From assembly GCA_030637655.1 (NCBI GenBank), contig DAOWGI010000004.1, forward strand, positions 1 through 64,000: a DNA stretch of 64,000 bases, in the 5' to 3' direction. The translations under genes and the position numbers were made by a program. Origin of the DNA: a candidate division FCPU426 bacterium. GTDB taxonomy: Bacteria > Oederibacteriota > JAAXVQ01 > JAUVAV01. Positions 37,995 to 48,337 of the stretch are shown here, one piece after another. How positions within the stretch are numbered: the first letter of the stretch is position 1; each line of letters begins with the position of its first letter. Under the pieces are notes generated by a model. The model was given only the letters and a program-made list of their open reading frames with translations, ran no database searches and was not told the origin of the DNA.

Positions 37995-38891
37995 TTACTT
38001 TTTGTTTTGGGAGCGGCCATAAAGGATTTTTACTGCCAGCCAATCCCGAAGGCGGATTGGGAGTAAGGCCTGCAGCCAAAAGTGCCAGGGATGCTGGGCA
38101 ACAATTCTCCGTATGGAAGGGCGTTGGGATTGCAATTCGCGTCGTACGATGCGCGCCAAACGTTCGGGGGACAGGCCGGCTTGGCCCAGGTTTTCAGACA
38201 GGCTGACAAACTTGCCATAATGTCCGGCGGCAATGACGTGCGCATACTTTTTTTTTGTCCATTGCCGGCTTTTTTCGAAAATAGGAGTCTTGATCGGACC
38301 GGGTTGGAGGCTAATCACCGGGACTTTGTCCTGATAAAGTTCTTGTCGCAGGCTATCGGCCAGGGCTTCCAGAGCGAATTTGGAGCAGCAGTACGGACCC
38401 ATCAGCGCGTTGGCAAAGCGACCGGCAGTGGAACTGATCATAATAATTTTACCGTGATCGCGTTTGAGTAAAGTAAGGAATTGCCGGGTTACTGTGAGTA
38501 CGCCGAACAGGTTGACTTCCATTTGTTCTCGAAAATCCGGCATGCGAAGGTGTTCCCAAGGTACGCAGACCGAAATACCGGCATTGTTGATAAGTCCGGC
38601 CAAGGGCAACTCGCCCAGCTGTTGGATAATATTACGCGCTGCGTTGTTAATACTCGTTTCTTTGGTCACGTCCATAAGTATTGGAATACCACCGGCTGCC
38701 TGTAAATATTTGCCATCCGTTGCTTTTCGCACAGTTCCAAATACCAGATAGCCGTGCTGTTGCAGATCCAGCGCAATGGCTTTTCCAATACCCGTGGAGA
38801 CTCCGGTGACCACAACCGCACTGTGGCACTTGTTTTTCAGCGCTGATTTTTCAAGAGTGGTTTTTCGGGATTGACGGGCCAAGAACAACAC
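37995..38891 (-). CDS. Short-chain dehydrogenase/reductase
   Basis: TGVSTGIG, NNAGI, YCCSK, QPGPIKT. Confidence 0.9.
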   Translation of the reverse strand: MLFLARQSRKTTLEKSALKNKCHSAVVVTGVSTGIGKAIALDLQQHGYLVFGTVRKATDGKYLQAAGGIPILMDVTKETSINNAARNIIQQLGELPLAGLINNAGISVCVPWEHLRMPDFREQMEVNLFGVLTVTRQFLTLLKRDHGKIIMISSTAGRFANALMGPYCCSKFALEALADSLRQELYQDKVPVISLQPGPIKTPIFEKSRQWTKKKYAHVIAAGHYGKFVSLSENLGQAGLSPERLARIVRRELQSQRPSIRRIVAQHPWHFWLQALLPIRLRDWLAVKILYGRSQNKK

Positions 38892-38921
38892 CTCACACGT
38901 TGTAACGTAGACAATTAAAAA

Positions 38922-40715
38922 TTATTTTAACACACTCTCCAAAAAGCGACGTGCAATTGGAGCTGCCATGTCCATACCAGTGCCTTCTTTTTCCGCATAC
39001 ACGGCTACAGCTACCTGTGGATTTTCAGCAGGGGCAAAGCAGATAAACCAGCCGTTGAGTCCGTGCCTGGAATCTCCGGTAGTACCGGTCTTGCCGGCTA
39101 CTTGGATATTTTTAATCTGGGCTTTTTTCCCAATGCCATGTTGGACAGTGTCCACCATGAAATGTCTGATGCGATTGGCAGTCTCCGGTTGAATCGGTGT
39201 TCGCAGCACAACCGGAACACCTTGTCCGAGAATTTCATCCTGGATATTTTTTATTTCTTTAATAAAAAAAGGCGCCATCATGCGGCCCTGGTTAGCCACA
39301 GTAGCTGCCAGCATCGCGGCATGCAAGGGTGTCATGGCAATATCAGTGCCCAAACCGCAAGCACGGTCAGCCAAAGCGTAGCGGAAATCATCAACCATAG
39401 GCGCTACGGAAGGTGCAATCGGATAGGAGAAATCCAATAATTCGGACTTAAACGAAAAGGTAATCGGAGCCCCAAACCCGAATTTATTGGAAAATTCGTA
39501 GAGCCGGTCCGGACCTAAGGTGAAGCCGACTTCAGCCATGGCGAGGTTGCAGGAGGTATCCAAGGCTGCTTGGAGCGTATCTACGCGGCCGTGTCGACGC
39601 CAGCACCAGAAGGTTTTTCCGCTATAACGGACTGCGCCGGTGCAATTGACCGGGAAAATCTGTGCCATATCCAGATCGGTTTCCAAGGCGGCGGCAGAGG
39701 TGATGAGCTTGAAGATAGAACCTGGTTTATAGAGTCCTTCCAGGGCTCGGTTTTTCAAGGGTTGGTTCTTATTGCGAGTGATTTTTTTCCAGTCCTGATC
39801 AATCCGATTGGGGTTGTAGGAGGGATGATTAATGGCAGCCAGAATCTCGCCGGTCTTTGGATTCAGCGCAATCAGCGAGCCTTTGCGCCAGCCCATAGCT
39901 TGGTCTGCCGCACGCTGCCACTTGGAATCAATAGTTAGGGTTACTACATTCCCAGGCAGATAGGGTTCCAAAGCTCTTTCCAAACCGGCATTGCCATGTT
40001 CTTTGCTCACGTAGCCGATCAGGTGGGCTGCGTATTGAGCCAAAGGATAATAGCGACGACCGGAATGACGTGCAATGGGAAAACGGGCCAGGGGATTGCC
40101 GCGCCGGTCATAGATATAATATTTAAAGCCGAGTTCTAATTCTTCGCGGGCTTGATTCAATTTAGTTTGCGCGATCTTCAGATCCGGAGTAAAAGACAGG
40201 CTTTTACGATACGCTTCTATGGATTCGGTAAGCTGTCCCAGGGCATGCAAGGAAAGTGCATGCCCCAAGTGGGCTTGGGGATCGCGAGGTGTGATGTCCA
40301 ATGCATGCCGGAACTCAAGTTCAGCCGGGGCGTAAATTCCCCGGCTGAGATATGCTTGGCCGACTTTCACGTGATTAAAGCGCCGGTTGGGTTTTAAACC
40401 ATGCTTGATGGCTTGCTCGTATTTAATCTCCGCCCGTATCAGGTCACCCTGGGCCAGATAGATCAAGCCTATGGCATCAATGGCTTGTGGGTGGTTGAAC
40501 GACGTCTTTAAGACCCGATTGAATTCTATGAGCGCTTGATCAAAATTGCGCTGTTGATAATAGACGCGTCCTTTGTTCATGTGGATCGTGATGCGTATAC
40601 GACCGCCGTAAAGATAAAAGGCAGCACTGAGAAAAACCAAGACAATAATCAGCAAGGTGATTAGGCGGCGTTTTCTCCGTTCCTGCTTACGGCGGCTACT
40701 GAACGAAAGGGGCAT
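38922..40715 (-). CDS. Membrane-anchored TPR-repeat + penicillin-binding transpeptidase (PbpA-like) fusion
   Basis: N-terminal TM helix, about four TPRs, then IYDRRG, RYYP, LTID, PGSIFK (SxxK), SCN (SxN), KTGT. Confidence 0.88.
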   Translation of the reverse strand: MPLSFSSRRKQERRKRRLITLLIIVLVFLSAAFYLYGGRIRITIHMNKGRVYYQQRNFDQALIEFNRVLKTSFNHPQAIDAIGLIYLAQGDLIRAEIKYEQAIKHGLKPNRRFNHVKVGQAYLSRGIYAPAELEFRHALDITPRDPQAHLGHALSLHALGQLTESIEAYRKSLSFTPDLKIAQTKLNQAREELELGFKYYIYDRRGNPLARFPIARHSGRRYYPLAQYAAHLIGYVSKEHGNAGLERALEPYLPGNVVTLTIDSKWQRAADQAMGWRKGSLIALNPKTGEILAAINHPSYNPNRIDQDWKKITRNKNQPLKNRALEGLYKPGSIFKLITSAAALETDLDMAQIFPVNCTGAVRYSGKTFWCWRRHGRVDTLQAALDTSCNLAMAEVGFTLGPDRLYEFSNKFGFGAPITFSFKSELLDFSYPIAPSVAPMVDDFRYALADRACGLGTDIAMTPLHAAMLAATVANQGRMMAPFFIKEIKNIQDEILGQGVPVVLRTPIQPETANRIRHFMVDTVQHGIGKKAQIKNIQVAGKTGTTGDSRHGLNGWFICFAPAENPQVAVAVYAEKEGTGMDMAAPIARRFLESVLK

Positions 40716-40950
40716 AAGGTATTCCTTTATATTTCATCTGTTCGTTGCGCCAAAGAAATGAACATTATGAATTATTATTGATTTTTCAGATTCTAGGCCA
40801 CATAAGTGAAAAAGTCAAGCCTTGGAGCAAAACGAAATGGCAAGATTCATGCGTAGAACAACGGATTCAGGCGGGAACGAATTTTTTCAGTTGTGCTAAA
40901 ATCGGATTAAGGTAAAATACCGATGACGTTGCGCGTCTGAGGAGATCACC

Positions 40951-42492
40951 ATGCCTGATTTTAAAACCCGGTTCACTTCCCCGGTTGGCAAAGGAGTATT
41001 GGGTATTGCGACGCTTTTGGTGGTGACAGCCGTAGTGCTGCGTTTCACAGTGTTTACACCTAAGCCTACGGAGGCACCCCCGGAACCGATCCAACTCACA
41101 CCTATCTTCAAATCCACTCCGCAAGACATTATAAGCTTTGAGGTCAAAGGCCGGGGTGAACACGTATCCTTAACCAAGACCGCACAGGGATGGGTTTTTC
41201 TCTCACTGGAAAATGCGCGCGTGAATCCGCAGGCAGTACAGATTTTTTTAAACACGTTATGTGAATGGACTCCTACCCGTCGCCTGGAAAAGCCGTCGCT
41301 GACTGAGATGCGTGACCCGTTTGACTTTACCGAGAACGCGACGGTATACACGGTTGTGCGTAGTGACGGTAAAAAAACCCAAGTAACAACCGGAAACTAT
41401 GATTTTAATGTCGGGTTGTATGCCACGACAGGAGAATATGAGATCTATGTGATGGATAAAAAAACAGCTTTGGAAAGCAAAGGACTGATGTATTTTTTGC
41501 GGGACCACAATGTGTTTCCAGAGCCTTTGAGCGGAATTATACGTATAAATTTTCGGAACCAGGGCAAGGTCACCACCTTGTCTAAAACCGCGCCCAAACA
41601 GCAGCGCCGGCGCTTGGGCGCTAAGCTGACTTTGCCGGCAGCCGGCAATACCCGGGAGGCGGAAGCCCGGCCCGGTCCCTGGCAAATCGTCTATCCGCGA
41701 AAGTTTCCAGCCAATCAGCAAGTGGTCAAAGAACTTCTGACAGTGATCCGGCAATGGGAAGCCAAAGCCTTTGTGTTGGAAACAGTAGGCACGCGTATGG
41801 ATATGTCACGCTACGGATTGGTTCATCCTGTGGGGGAATTGACGCTCCATACCCAAAACAATCGCTATCCTGTGTATTTGACCTTTGGTTCGCCTCCTGA
41901 CAAGGAGAAAAAAATCTATCTAAAAATCAGTCAACAGTCACAAATTGTTGAGATCAAGACAGATCGGTTTTTAATCCTGGAAGAATTGTTTAGTCATGTG
42001 ACCAGTCGGCAGCTGGCCAATTTTTTGAGCCAAGTGGCCGGAATAGAAATACTGACAGACAAATGGCGGGTAACCATTGCCCGGGATGAAGATCTTTGGA
42101 AAGCGGAGTTGCAGGAACGGTTGGGCGGCAAGCGTTTGCCGTCTGTGCCCCTGGCTTCGGAACCCCGGCAAGTACGTTTCTTTAAAGGGGAGATTCTGGT
42201 CGAAATATTTAAACAGGCGGAATATATTGATTGTCTAACAGTCAAGAATCCATGGTTGCAAAAATTTCAATCTGCGAAAAACGTGATGAAAGTTATTTTC
42301 AATCAGGCCAATGGGAAAGCAATTGATATCTTTACCGTGCGGGAACACCAAGGAATGAAAGAGATGATTTTTTTACATTGTCAGCAGGATAATGAGGTCT
42401 ACCTGGCGGCACGCTCCTTTTATACCGCGATACTTAAGGAAATTCAGTACCAACTCACACGTGATAAATCCTTGGGAACCGTACCGGAATGA
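40951..42492 (+). CDS. DUF4340-like exported/membrane-anchored protein
   Basis: N-terminal TM; repeated pattern W.I..P..FPAN..V..LL....A..FV...YGL..P. Confidence 0.6.
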   Translation: MPDFKTRFTSPVGKGVLGIATLLVVTAVVLRFTVFTPKPTEAPPEPIQLTPIFKSTPQDIISFEVKGRGEHVSLTKTAQGWVFLSLENARVNPQAVQIFLNTLCEWTPTRRLEKPSLTEMRDPFDFTENATVYTVVRSDGKKTQVTTGNYDFNVGLYATTGEYEIYVMDKKTALESKGLMYFLRDHNVFPEPLSGIIRINFRNQGKVTTLSKTAPKQQRRRLGAKLTLPAAGNTREAEARPGPWQIVYPRKFPANQQVVKELLTVIRQWEAKAFVLETVGTRMDMSRYGLVHPVGELTLHTQNNRYPVYLTFGSPPDKEKKIYLKISQQSQIVEIKTDRFLILEELFSHVTSRQLANFLSQVAGIEILTDKWRVTIARDEDLWKAELQERLGGKRLPSVPLASEPRQVRFFKGEILVEIFKQAEYIDCLTVKNPWLQKFQSAKNVMKVIFNQANGKAIDIFTVREHQGMKEMIFLHCQQDNEVYLAARSFYTAILKEIQYQLTRDKSLGTVPE

Positions 42493-42501
42493 TAGTGAGA
42501 T

Positions 42502-43338
42502 TCAGTTTAGCTCATCCAGCACGGCTTGGGTCTTTATTTTGTCTTTTTTCGTTTCAGGCTGCAGATTTGCGGGGCCCGGAAGTTCCAAAGCCTCGAGTAA
42601 CAGTTTGCGTGCCCCTTCCTTTTGCCCCTTGGCAATCAGGGTCTTGGCCAAATCCATCCGTGGCGCGACTTCGTCCGGAGAAAACCCAACCGCTAAACGG
42701 GCATGTTCCAACGATTTGTTGATATCTCCGCAGGCAAGGGGCCATCCCGGCGCTTTGCGATACAAAATACTAAGCACATGATGCGCAGAACCGTCTTTTT
42801 TATTTAGGGCCAACACTTTTTGCATGGCCTCACGAATCGGGTTAATAGCAAACAGACTGTTGAAGATACCGCGTATCTCAGCGGCCCGGCCTTCATTGAC
42901 TCCAAACCAATAATATCCATTGACTTTGTCGGGTGCCGCTTGTTGGGCACGTTGGGCGTATATTTTGCCTTTGTCGTATAGTTCGATTTGCTTTCCTTTA
43001 AGAGCATGATCACCTTGCCACCAATAGCAGCGCGCCAAACGCCAGAGCGCGGAGTAGTGCTGTGGCGCTATGGCTAATATTTTTTCGTAGCCGGCAATAG
43101 CGTCGGGGACTTTGCTGATTTCAGGATCAGGATCACGCCGGTCATACAGAGCGTTGGTTTCAGCCAAGAGCTCGGTCAATTTCGAATCAGTGGTTGTAAC
43201 CAACGGCGCGTCGCTTCCTGTGATAGTGTTTGATTCCGGGAGCGAAGTTCGCGGAGTAGCCGCGGTTTCAGCCAAAGCTGAGGTCGTCAGGAGTCCTGAC
43301 AGGGCAATGATGGATACGCAACGCAGTGTTGAGTGCAT
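42502..43338 (-). CDS. Secreted TPR-repeat protein
   Basis: AAGGAGG RBS, signal peptide, LWRLARCYWW, YYWFG, LYRKAPGWP. Confidence 0.7.
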   Translation of the reverse strand: MHSTLRCVSIIALSGLLTTSALAETAATPRTSLPESNTITGSDAPLVTTTDSKLTELLAETNALYDRRDPDPEISKVPDAIAGYEKILAIAPQHYSALWRLARCYWWQGDHALKGKQIELYDKGKIYAQRAQQAAPDKVNGYYWFGVNEGRAAEIRGIFNSLFAINPIREAMQKVLALNKKDGSAHHVLSILYRKAPGWPLACGDINKSLEHARLAVGFSPDEVAPRMDLAKTLIAKGQKEGARKLLLEALELPGPANLQPETKKDKIKTQAVLDELN

Positions 43339-43664
43339 ACAATCCTCCTTAGTTATTGGTTGAGAATGGAGCCCCACGGGCAAGCCCGTGGTACCCGGAA
43401 TGAATACCCGGCTTCGCCTTCGGCTACGCCGCGGTTATCCGCCCAAGTGGTAGGGCGACATCACGCCATAGCAACTTGCACACTCGTCCCCGGCCAAGGC
43501 CGGGGTCTTCTGCGAAGGCGGATAAAAAAATATTAGCAAGTTTTGCTAACTTCGGCAATATATTTTCTGAAAAAAATAAAAAAAATACTTGTTCCACTCT
43601 GCAAACGTTGTAAAGTAAAAACAACACGGCGCCGTAATATATCAGTGAAGCATTTTTTTAGTTT

Positions 43665-43776
43665 GTCATTCCCGAACGGTTTAATCGGCCCCAACCGGAA
43701 AAGATATATAGGGACGCCTTCAGCAGGAATCCGGTTTTTTAAACCGTATCCCCGATACAAGCATTCGGGGATGACA
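43665..43776. repeat. GTCA(T/C)...ATGAC-type palindromic element
   Basis: tgtcattcccgaa...cattcggggatgaca; same family as 49738-49828, 51857-51963 and 52238-52402. Confidence 0.7.
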
Positions 43777-43896
43777 GGGTGGGGGCTGCATTCACGGATG
43801 AGAAACAAAAAAACGCATGACTGATATATTACACGGTGCCACAGAGAACTTTTTGCGGAAAAAACCGGAAAATTCAGACTGGTTGGGGGCAGACGC

Positions 43897-45000
43897 ATGG
43901 AAAGTGGTTGTATCTATTGCATTGATGATGACGAAGATATTTTGTTACTTTACAAAATAGTGCTGGGACAAGCGGGTCATGAAGTCGTAACGTTCTTGAG
44001 TGGAAAAGAAGCACTTAAAATCGTTGAAAAGCAAAATCCGAATCTGATTATTTTGGATGAGAAAATGCGCAATGATATTTCCGGCATGGAAATATGCAAA
44101 CGGATTCGCAAAAATAAAAAAATTCCTTACATTCCTATTATTATGGTTACTGCTTTGGAAGACAAGCAAGGCAAGATTCGCAGCTTGGAAGAGGGTATTG
44201 ATGATTATATACTCAAACCCTTTGATCATGAAGAACTGTTGGCCAAAGTGATGGTTATGTTGCGAATCAAACGCTTGTACATGGATTTGTTAAAAACCCG
44301 CCAGGATTTGGTGCATGCGGAAAAATTGGCTGCGGTCGGCCAATTGGCTGCTGCCATGGCGCATGAGATACGCAATCCGCTTTCTATTATTAATGCTTCG
44401 GTCCAATTTTTAAAGGGGAAACTGCATTTGGAAAAAGAAGGGCGGGAAGTGATGGAAACCGTGCTGCGGAAAATAACCCAAATCGATGGTACGATTCGTG
44501 AATTGTTGGTCGCTGCCCGCCCCATGAAATTCAAACAGCAAGCCATGGACATAAATAAAAACGCGCGTGAAGTGGTTGGATTTATCAAAGAGAAATGCCA
44601 GGCGCAGGAAGTTGAGCTGCAGCTGGAATTGGAAGACTCGATCTCAGAAGTGATGGGCGAGGAAGAACATTTGCAGCGTGTTTTTTTAAATCTGTTTATC
44701 AATGCGTTGAATAGTATGTCCGCCGGCGGAATCTTGAAGGTGGCAACGCAAGAAGAAGAGGACTCGATCAAGATTACAGTTGAAGACAATGGGCTGGGTA
44801 TCTACGAAGATGATATTGAGCATTTGTTTGAGCCGTTTTTTAGTAAGCAAGCCGGTGGATCAGGATTGGGGCTTTTTGTGGTCAAGATGATTGTGGACGA
44901 ATTTAAAGGCACAATTCAGGTCAATTCCACAGTAGGTCAGGGCACTAAATTTACCATTACTTTGCCTGCAATTCAGAAAAAAAAGCTAAAGCCTATATAA
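43897..45000 (+). CDS. Hybrid receiver-histidine kinase
   Basis: IDDDE..ILDEKM..KPF; MAHEIRNPL (H box), NLFINA (N box), DNGLG (G1), FEPFFS (F), GSGLGL (G2). Confidence 0.93.
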   Translation: MESGCIYCIDDDEDILLLYKIVLGQAGHEVVTFLSGKEALKIVEKQNPNLIILDEKMRNDISGMEICKRIRKNKKIPYIPIIMVTALEDKQGKIRSLEEGIDDYILKPFDHEELLAKVMVMLRIKRLYMDLLKTRQDLVHAEKLAAVGQLAAAMAHEIRNPLSIINASVQFLKGKLHLEKEGREVMETVLRKITQIDGTIRELLVAARPMKFKQQAMDINKNAREVVGFIKEKCQAQEVELQLELEDSISEVMGEEEHLQRVFLNLFINALNSMSAGGILKVATQEEEDSIKITVEDNGLGIYEDDIEHLFEPFFSKQAGGSGLGLFVVKMIVDEFKGTIQVNSTVGQGTKFTITLPAIQKKKLKPI

Positions 45001-45014
45001 GTACTTCCCGATAA
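44987..45014 (+). promoter_or_regulatory. Putative sigma28 promoter for the flgM-like gene
   Basis: TAAA-N16-CCCGATAA versus the consensus TAAA-N15/16-GCCGATAA. Confidence 0.6.
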
Positions 45015-45034
45015 TACTACCATCGGGGAAGGGA

Positions 45035-45418
45035 GTGAATATAATTATGGCAGAAACCAAAATAATTTCATATCGTCAGTGGAGAAATAGTATTGAAAAA
45101 AAAGGTTATTCTTACCATGACGAACTTAGCGATGAATCGCTACAACGCATACATAAGTTTTCCAATACCATAAAGCTTGAAGGCCGTGCTATGCATTTTC
45201 AGCAAGAAGCGAGGCTCACCATGGTGAAATTAAACAAAAAGCAGAATGGTAAAAATGAGATTAGAATGATTCAATCGCTAATAAAATTGTGCAAAAAAGA
45301 AAAAGTTTTTCGTAGCCAACAGGTAGAAAAAATCAAACGTTTAATAAAAGCTAATAAATATCATGTACCGGGAAAAATTGTGGCAAATAAGTGGTTTTCA
45401 GAAGATTCAGTAACTTAG
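45035..45418 (+). CDS. FlgM-like anti-sigma28 factor
   Basis: C-terminal RSQQVEKIKRLIKANKYHVPGKIVANKW resembles the FlgM motif RxEKVxxIKxxIxxGxYxVxxxxIAxK; sigma28 gene nearby. Confidence 0.6.
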   Translation: MNIIMAETKIISYRQWRNSIEKKGYSYHDELSDESLQRIHKFSNTIKLEGRAMHFQQEARLTMVKLNKKQNGKNEIRMIQSLIKLCKKEKVFRSQQVEKIKRLIKANKYHVPGKIVANKWFSEDSVT

Positions 45419-45462
45419 TTCCGAAACTATGGAATTTGTTGCATAGTTGTATTTCACACCTT

Positions 45463-45504
45463 AAATTAAGGCAACAGGTACACCTGTTGCCTTAATTTTT
45501 TTTT
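45463..45504 (+). terminator. Rho-independent terminator
   Basis: aaattaaggcaacaggt-ac-acctgttgccttaattt followed by a T tract. Confidence 0.8.
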
Positions 45505-45578
45505 AAATAATATACCTAATTTAAAAGCCTATTTTCATCCCATGTTTTTACCCAGTCCCTAATTTTCTTGCCATAAAA

Positions 45579-45594
45579 CGGCACGTATCTTGCA
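45579..45594 (+). promoter_or_regulatory. Sigma54 -24/-12 promoter
   Basis: CGGCACGTATCTTGCA: GG-N10-GC with GGCACG and TTGC. Confidence 0.75.
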
Positions 45595-45630
45595 TATGTT
45601 TATTGTACTTTTAAAAATGATGAGGCGTGC

Positions 45631-47028
45631 ATGAAAAAACAGCTTAAGCAGAGAATACTAATTATTGACGATGAGCCGGAAATTTGCTGGATCATAAAAA
45701 AAGTATTGTCTGAGAAAGGATTTGATGTTTTTAATGCCTTTAATGGTGAGCAAGGAATTGAACAGGTAGCCGAAGTGGATCCGGATTTGGTTTTTCTCGA
45801 TATAAAACTCCCCGGTATTGATGGTCTGGAAGTCCTGCGACAAGTGAAAGAAAAACATCCCACTCTTCCCGTAATTATTCTTTCTGCTTTTGATGATGTG
45901 AATGCCGCTGTTCGTGCTATGAAATTAGGCGCCTACGATTACCTCAGCAAACCGCTCAATGTTGACGAAATGCAGATTACGCTAAAGAACGCGCTGAAAA
46001 CCAGGCAATTGATGATTGAGATCAAAGATTTGAAAAAGAAAATCAAGAACAAAGAACAGGAAAACATGGTCTGGTCCTGTCCTGGTATGCAAAAGGTAAT
46101 GGATTTGGTTGAGCGCATTGCCCGTTACGATGTAACAGTGCTCATTTGTGGTGAGAGCGGTACTGGGAAAGAATTGATCGCCGAGTCTATTCACAACCAG
46201 AGTCTGCGTTCTGAGCAGCCCTTGATTTCAATTGATTGCAGCGCTTTGCCGGAAAACCTGGTGGAATCCGAACTGTTTGGTTATGAAAAAGGCGCCTTCA
46301 CCGGCGCCAACGAAAGCCGGCCCGGACGTTTTGAGATGGCCCACGGTGGCACCCTGTTTTTGGATGAGATCGGCAATTTGTCCATTCAGATCCAGATGAA
46401 AATGTTGCGCGTGTTACAAGAACGCAAACTACGCCGCTTGGGTGGCAAACACGAAATTGAAATTGATGTACGCTTGATTACGGCCACTAATACGAAGCTG
46501 GAAAAAGCCATGCAGGGAAATCAATTTCGCGAAGATCTGTATCATCGTTTAAACGAGATCACTATTCAATTGCCGCCGTTGCGCGAACGGCAGGAAGATA
46601 TCAGGCTGATGCTGCAGCATTTTTTGGAACGCTTTAGCCGGCAGTTTAATAAATCCGTGCATACCATTGCTCCGGATGCCCTGGAATTTTTACAGAGTTA
46701 TTCCTGGCCCGGAAATATTCGCGAATTGATGAACGTAATGAAACGAGCGGTTGTTATGGCGAACGACACCATCGAATTCACCCATCTTCCCATGGAAAGT
46801 TTTCAAAAAACCAGACCTCCGGCAAATATTTCCATGCAACCGCTTACCAGTGTGAATCATTCCATTCGCCCTTTGAAAGAGCTTTGTCAGGAGGTCGCGC
46901 GCAAGGTGGAGAGGGAAACAATCAGTCGTGTCTTGCAGGAAACCCGTTGGAATAAAGTCAAGACTGCCCGGCTGTTGAAGATAAATTACAAAACCTTGTT
47001 TAATAAAATGAGGGAACTTGGAATCTAG
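45631..47028 (+). CDS. Sigma54-dependent response regulator (NtrC/AtoC family)
   Basis: [50 protein letters not shown]; Fis-type HTH. Confidence 0.95.
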   Translation: MKKQLKQRILIIDDEPEICWIIKKVLSEKGFDVFNAFNGEQGIEQVAEVDPDLVFLDIKLPGIDGLEVLRQVKEKHPTLPVIILSAFDDVNAAVRAMKLGAYDYLSKPLNVDEMQITLKNALKTRQLMIEIKDLKKKIKNKEQENMVWSCPGMQKVMDLVERIARYDVTVLICGESGTGKELIAESIHNQSLRSEQPLISIDCSALPENLVESELFGYEKGAFTGANESRPGRFEMAHGGTLFLDEIGNLSIQIQMKMLRVLQERKLRRLGGKHEIEIDVRLITATNTKLEKAMQGNQFREDLYHRLNEITIQLPPLRERQEDIRLMLQHFLERFSRQFNKSVHTIAPDALEFLQSYSWPGNIRELMNVMKRAVVMANDTIEFTHLPMESFQKTRPPANISMQPLTSVNHSIRPLKELCQEVARKVERETISRVLQETRWNKVKTARLLKINYKTLFNKMRELGI

Positions 47029-47031
47029 GGG

Positions 47032-47835
47032 GTGGAATTAATGCAGACCATGGAATTAACAGATTGTGAACTTTGGAAAAGATACCAGCAGAAGAAAGAT
47101 ATGTCCGCCAGAGAAGAGTTGCTAAAACGCAATGTGCCGTTGGTGCGTTTTACTATCGAACGTATGACCATTCCACAGAATCGTTCTTGGCTCGATACGG
47201 ATGATCTCATGACCGCGGGAATCATTGGCCTGATCGATGCCGTGGAAAAATTCAATCCGGAATTGGGTGGTAAGTTTTCAACCTATGCGTTTTTTCGCAT
47301 CCGCGGCGCGATCCTGGATGAGATGCGCGCTATGGATTGGGTGCCGCGTTCGGTGCGCCAGAAAACGCGTGAATTGGAACAGGCCTATAAAGTGCTGAGT
47401 GACAAATTGCATCGTCCGGTCACAGATCAGGATTTGGCCAAGTATTTCAAGGTATCGCAAAAACGTTTTCAGAGCATGTTGTCGGATATTTATATTCCTC
47501 CCATGATCTCTCTGGATGAGATACAGGAAGATCGCGAGAAAAAACACCGTGATGTGGTTGCCGCGGAAAACAATCCGGCTGAACGTGACTTGGGCGGTGC
47601 TTTTACCGAATTAGCAGCAAAAGAAGCGCGTGATTTGCTGGGAAATTTGATTGAACGCTTGCCGGAAAAAGAACGCCTGGTTCTCACTCTGTACTATTAC
47701 GAAGAATTGACCCTGAAAGAAATTGCGGCTATTCTGGAAGTGACGGAATCCCGTGTCTGTCAGATTCATGGCCAGGCCATTATTCACTTGAAAACTACCA
47801 TGAAGGCCGAGCGCATGGATTTTGTGATTAAATAA
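47032..47835 (+). CDS. fliA: FliA/WhiG-family (sigma28) RNA polymerase sigma factor
   Basis: GIIGLIDAVEKF, FSTYAFFRIRGAILDEMRAMDWVPRSVR, LYYYEELTLKEIAAILEVTESRVCQIH. Confidence 0.9.
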   Translation: MELMQTMELTDCELWKRYQQKKDMSAREELLKRNVPLVRFTIERMTIPQNRSWLDTDDLMTAGIIGLIDAVEKFNPELGGKFSTYAFFRIRGAILDEMRAMDWVPRSVRQKTRELEQAYKVLSDKLHRPVTDQDLAKYFKVSQKRFQSMLSDIYIPPMISLDEIQEDREKKHRDVVAAENNPAERDLGGAFTELAAKEARDLLGNLIERLPEKERLVLTLYYYEELTLKEIAAILEVTESRVCQIHGQAIIHLKTTMKAERMDFVIK

Positions 47836-47917
47836 TTTTGGGGTTGCTGTTTAAAATATCCGGGTCTATAATTGTTCTGCTCGAATTGCTAATAATTATG
47901 GAGTGAGGATAAAGTAA

Positions 47918-48286
47918 ATGGCAGGGAAAAAGATACTGGTGGTGGATGACCACCAAGAAATGGTAGATTTGATAGAAGAGAGTTTTCGCTTACGGGGATA
48001 TCAGGTGGTCGGTGCGGCCAATGGCCAAGAGGCATTGGCCAAAGTCTACCAAGAAAAACCGGATTTAGTGTTGCTGGATGTTATGCTGCCCTTGATTGAC
48101 GGATATGAGATCTGTCGGACACTAAAATTCAATGAGGAAACCAAGCACATTCCCATCATATTGCTTACTGTCAAAGGTAATGAATCCGATATCGAACGGG
48201 GTTTTGAAGTGCGTGCTGACGGCTATGTGGTAAAACCGTTCGAGCCCTCAGAACTGACTGAATTTGCCAAAAAATTCTTAAAATAA
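47918..48286 (+). CDS. Single-domain response regulator
   Basis: ILVVDD, PDLVLLDVMLP, IILLT, VKPF. Confidence 0.92.
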   Translation: MAGKKILVVDDHQEMVDLIEESFRLRGYQVVGAANGQEALAKVYQEKPDLVLLDVMLPLIDGYEICRTLKFNEETKHIPIILLTVKGNESDIERGFEVRADGYVVKPFEPSELTEFAKKFLK

Positions 48287-48337
48287 TCAAAAGCCCAGGT
48301 CTTTCCTGTCAATCTGTCAGGAAAAGGAGTTTTGGAA

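Noticed and set aside
43333-43898. Short ORFs in the 43.3-43.9 kb intergenic region
   Set aside because: They overlap palindromic repeats on both strands and show no recognisable motifs.
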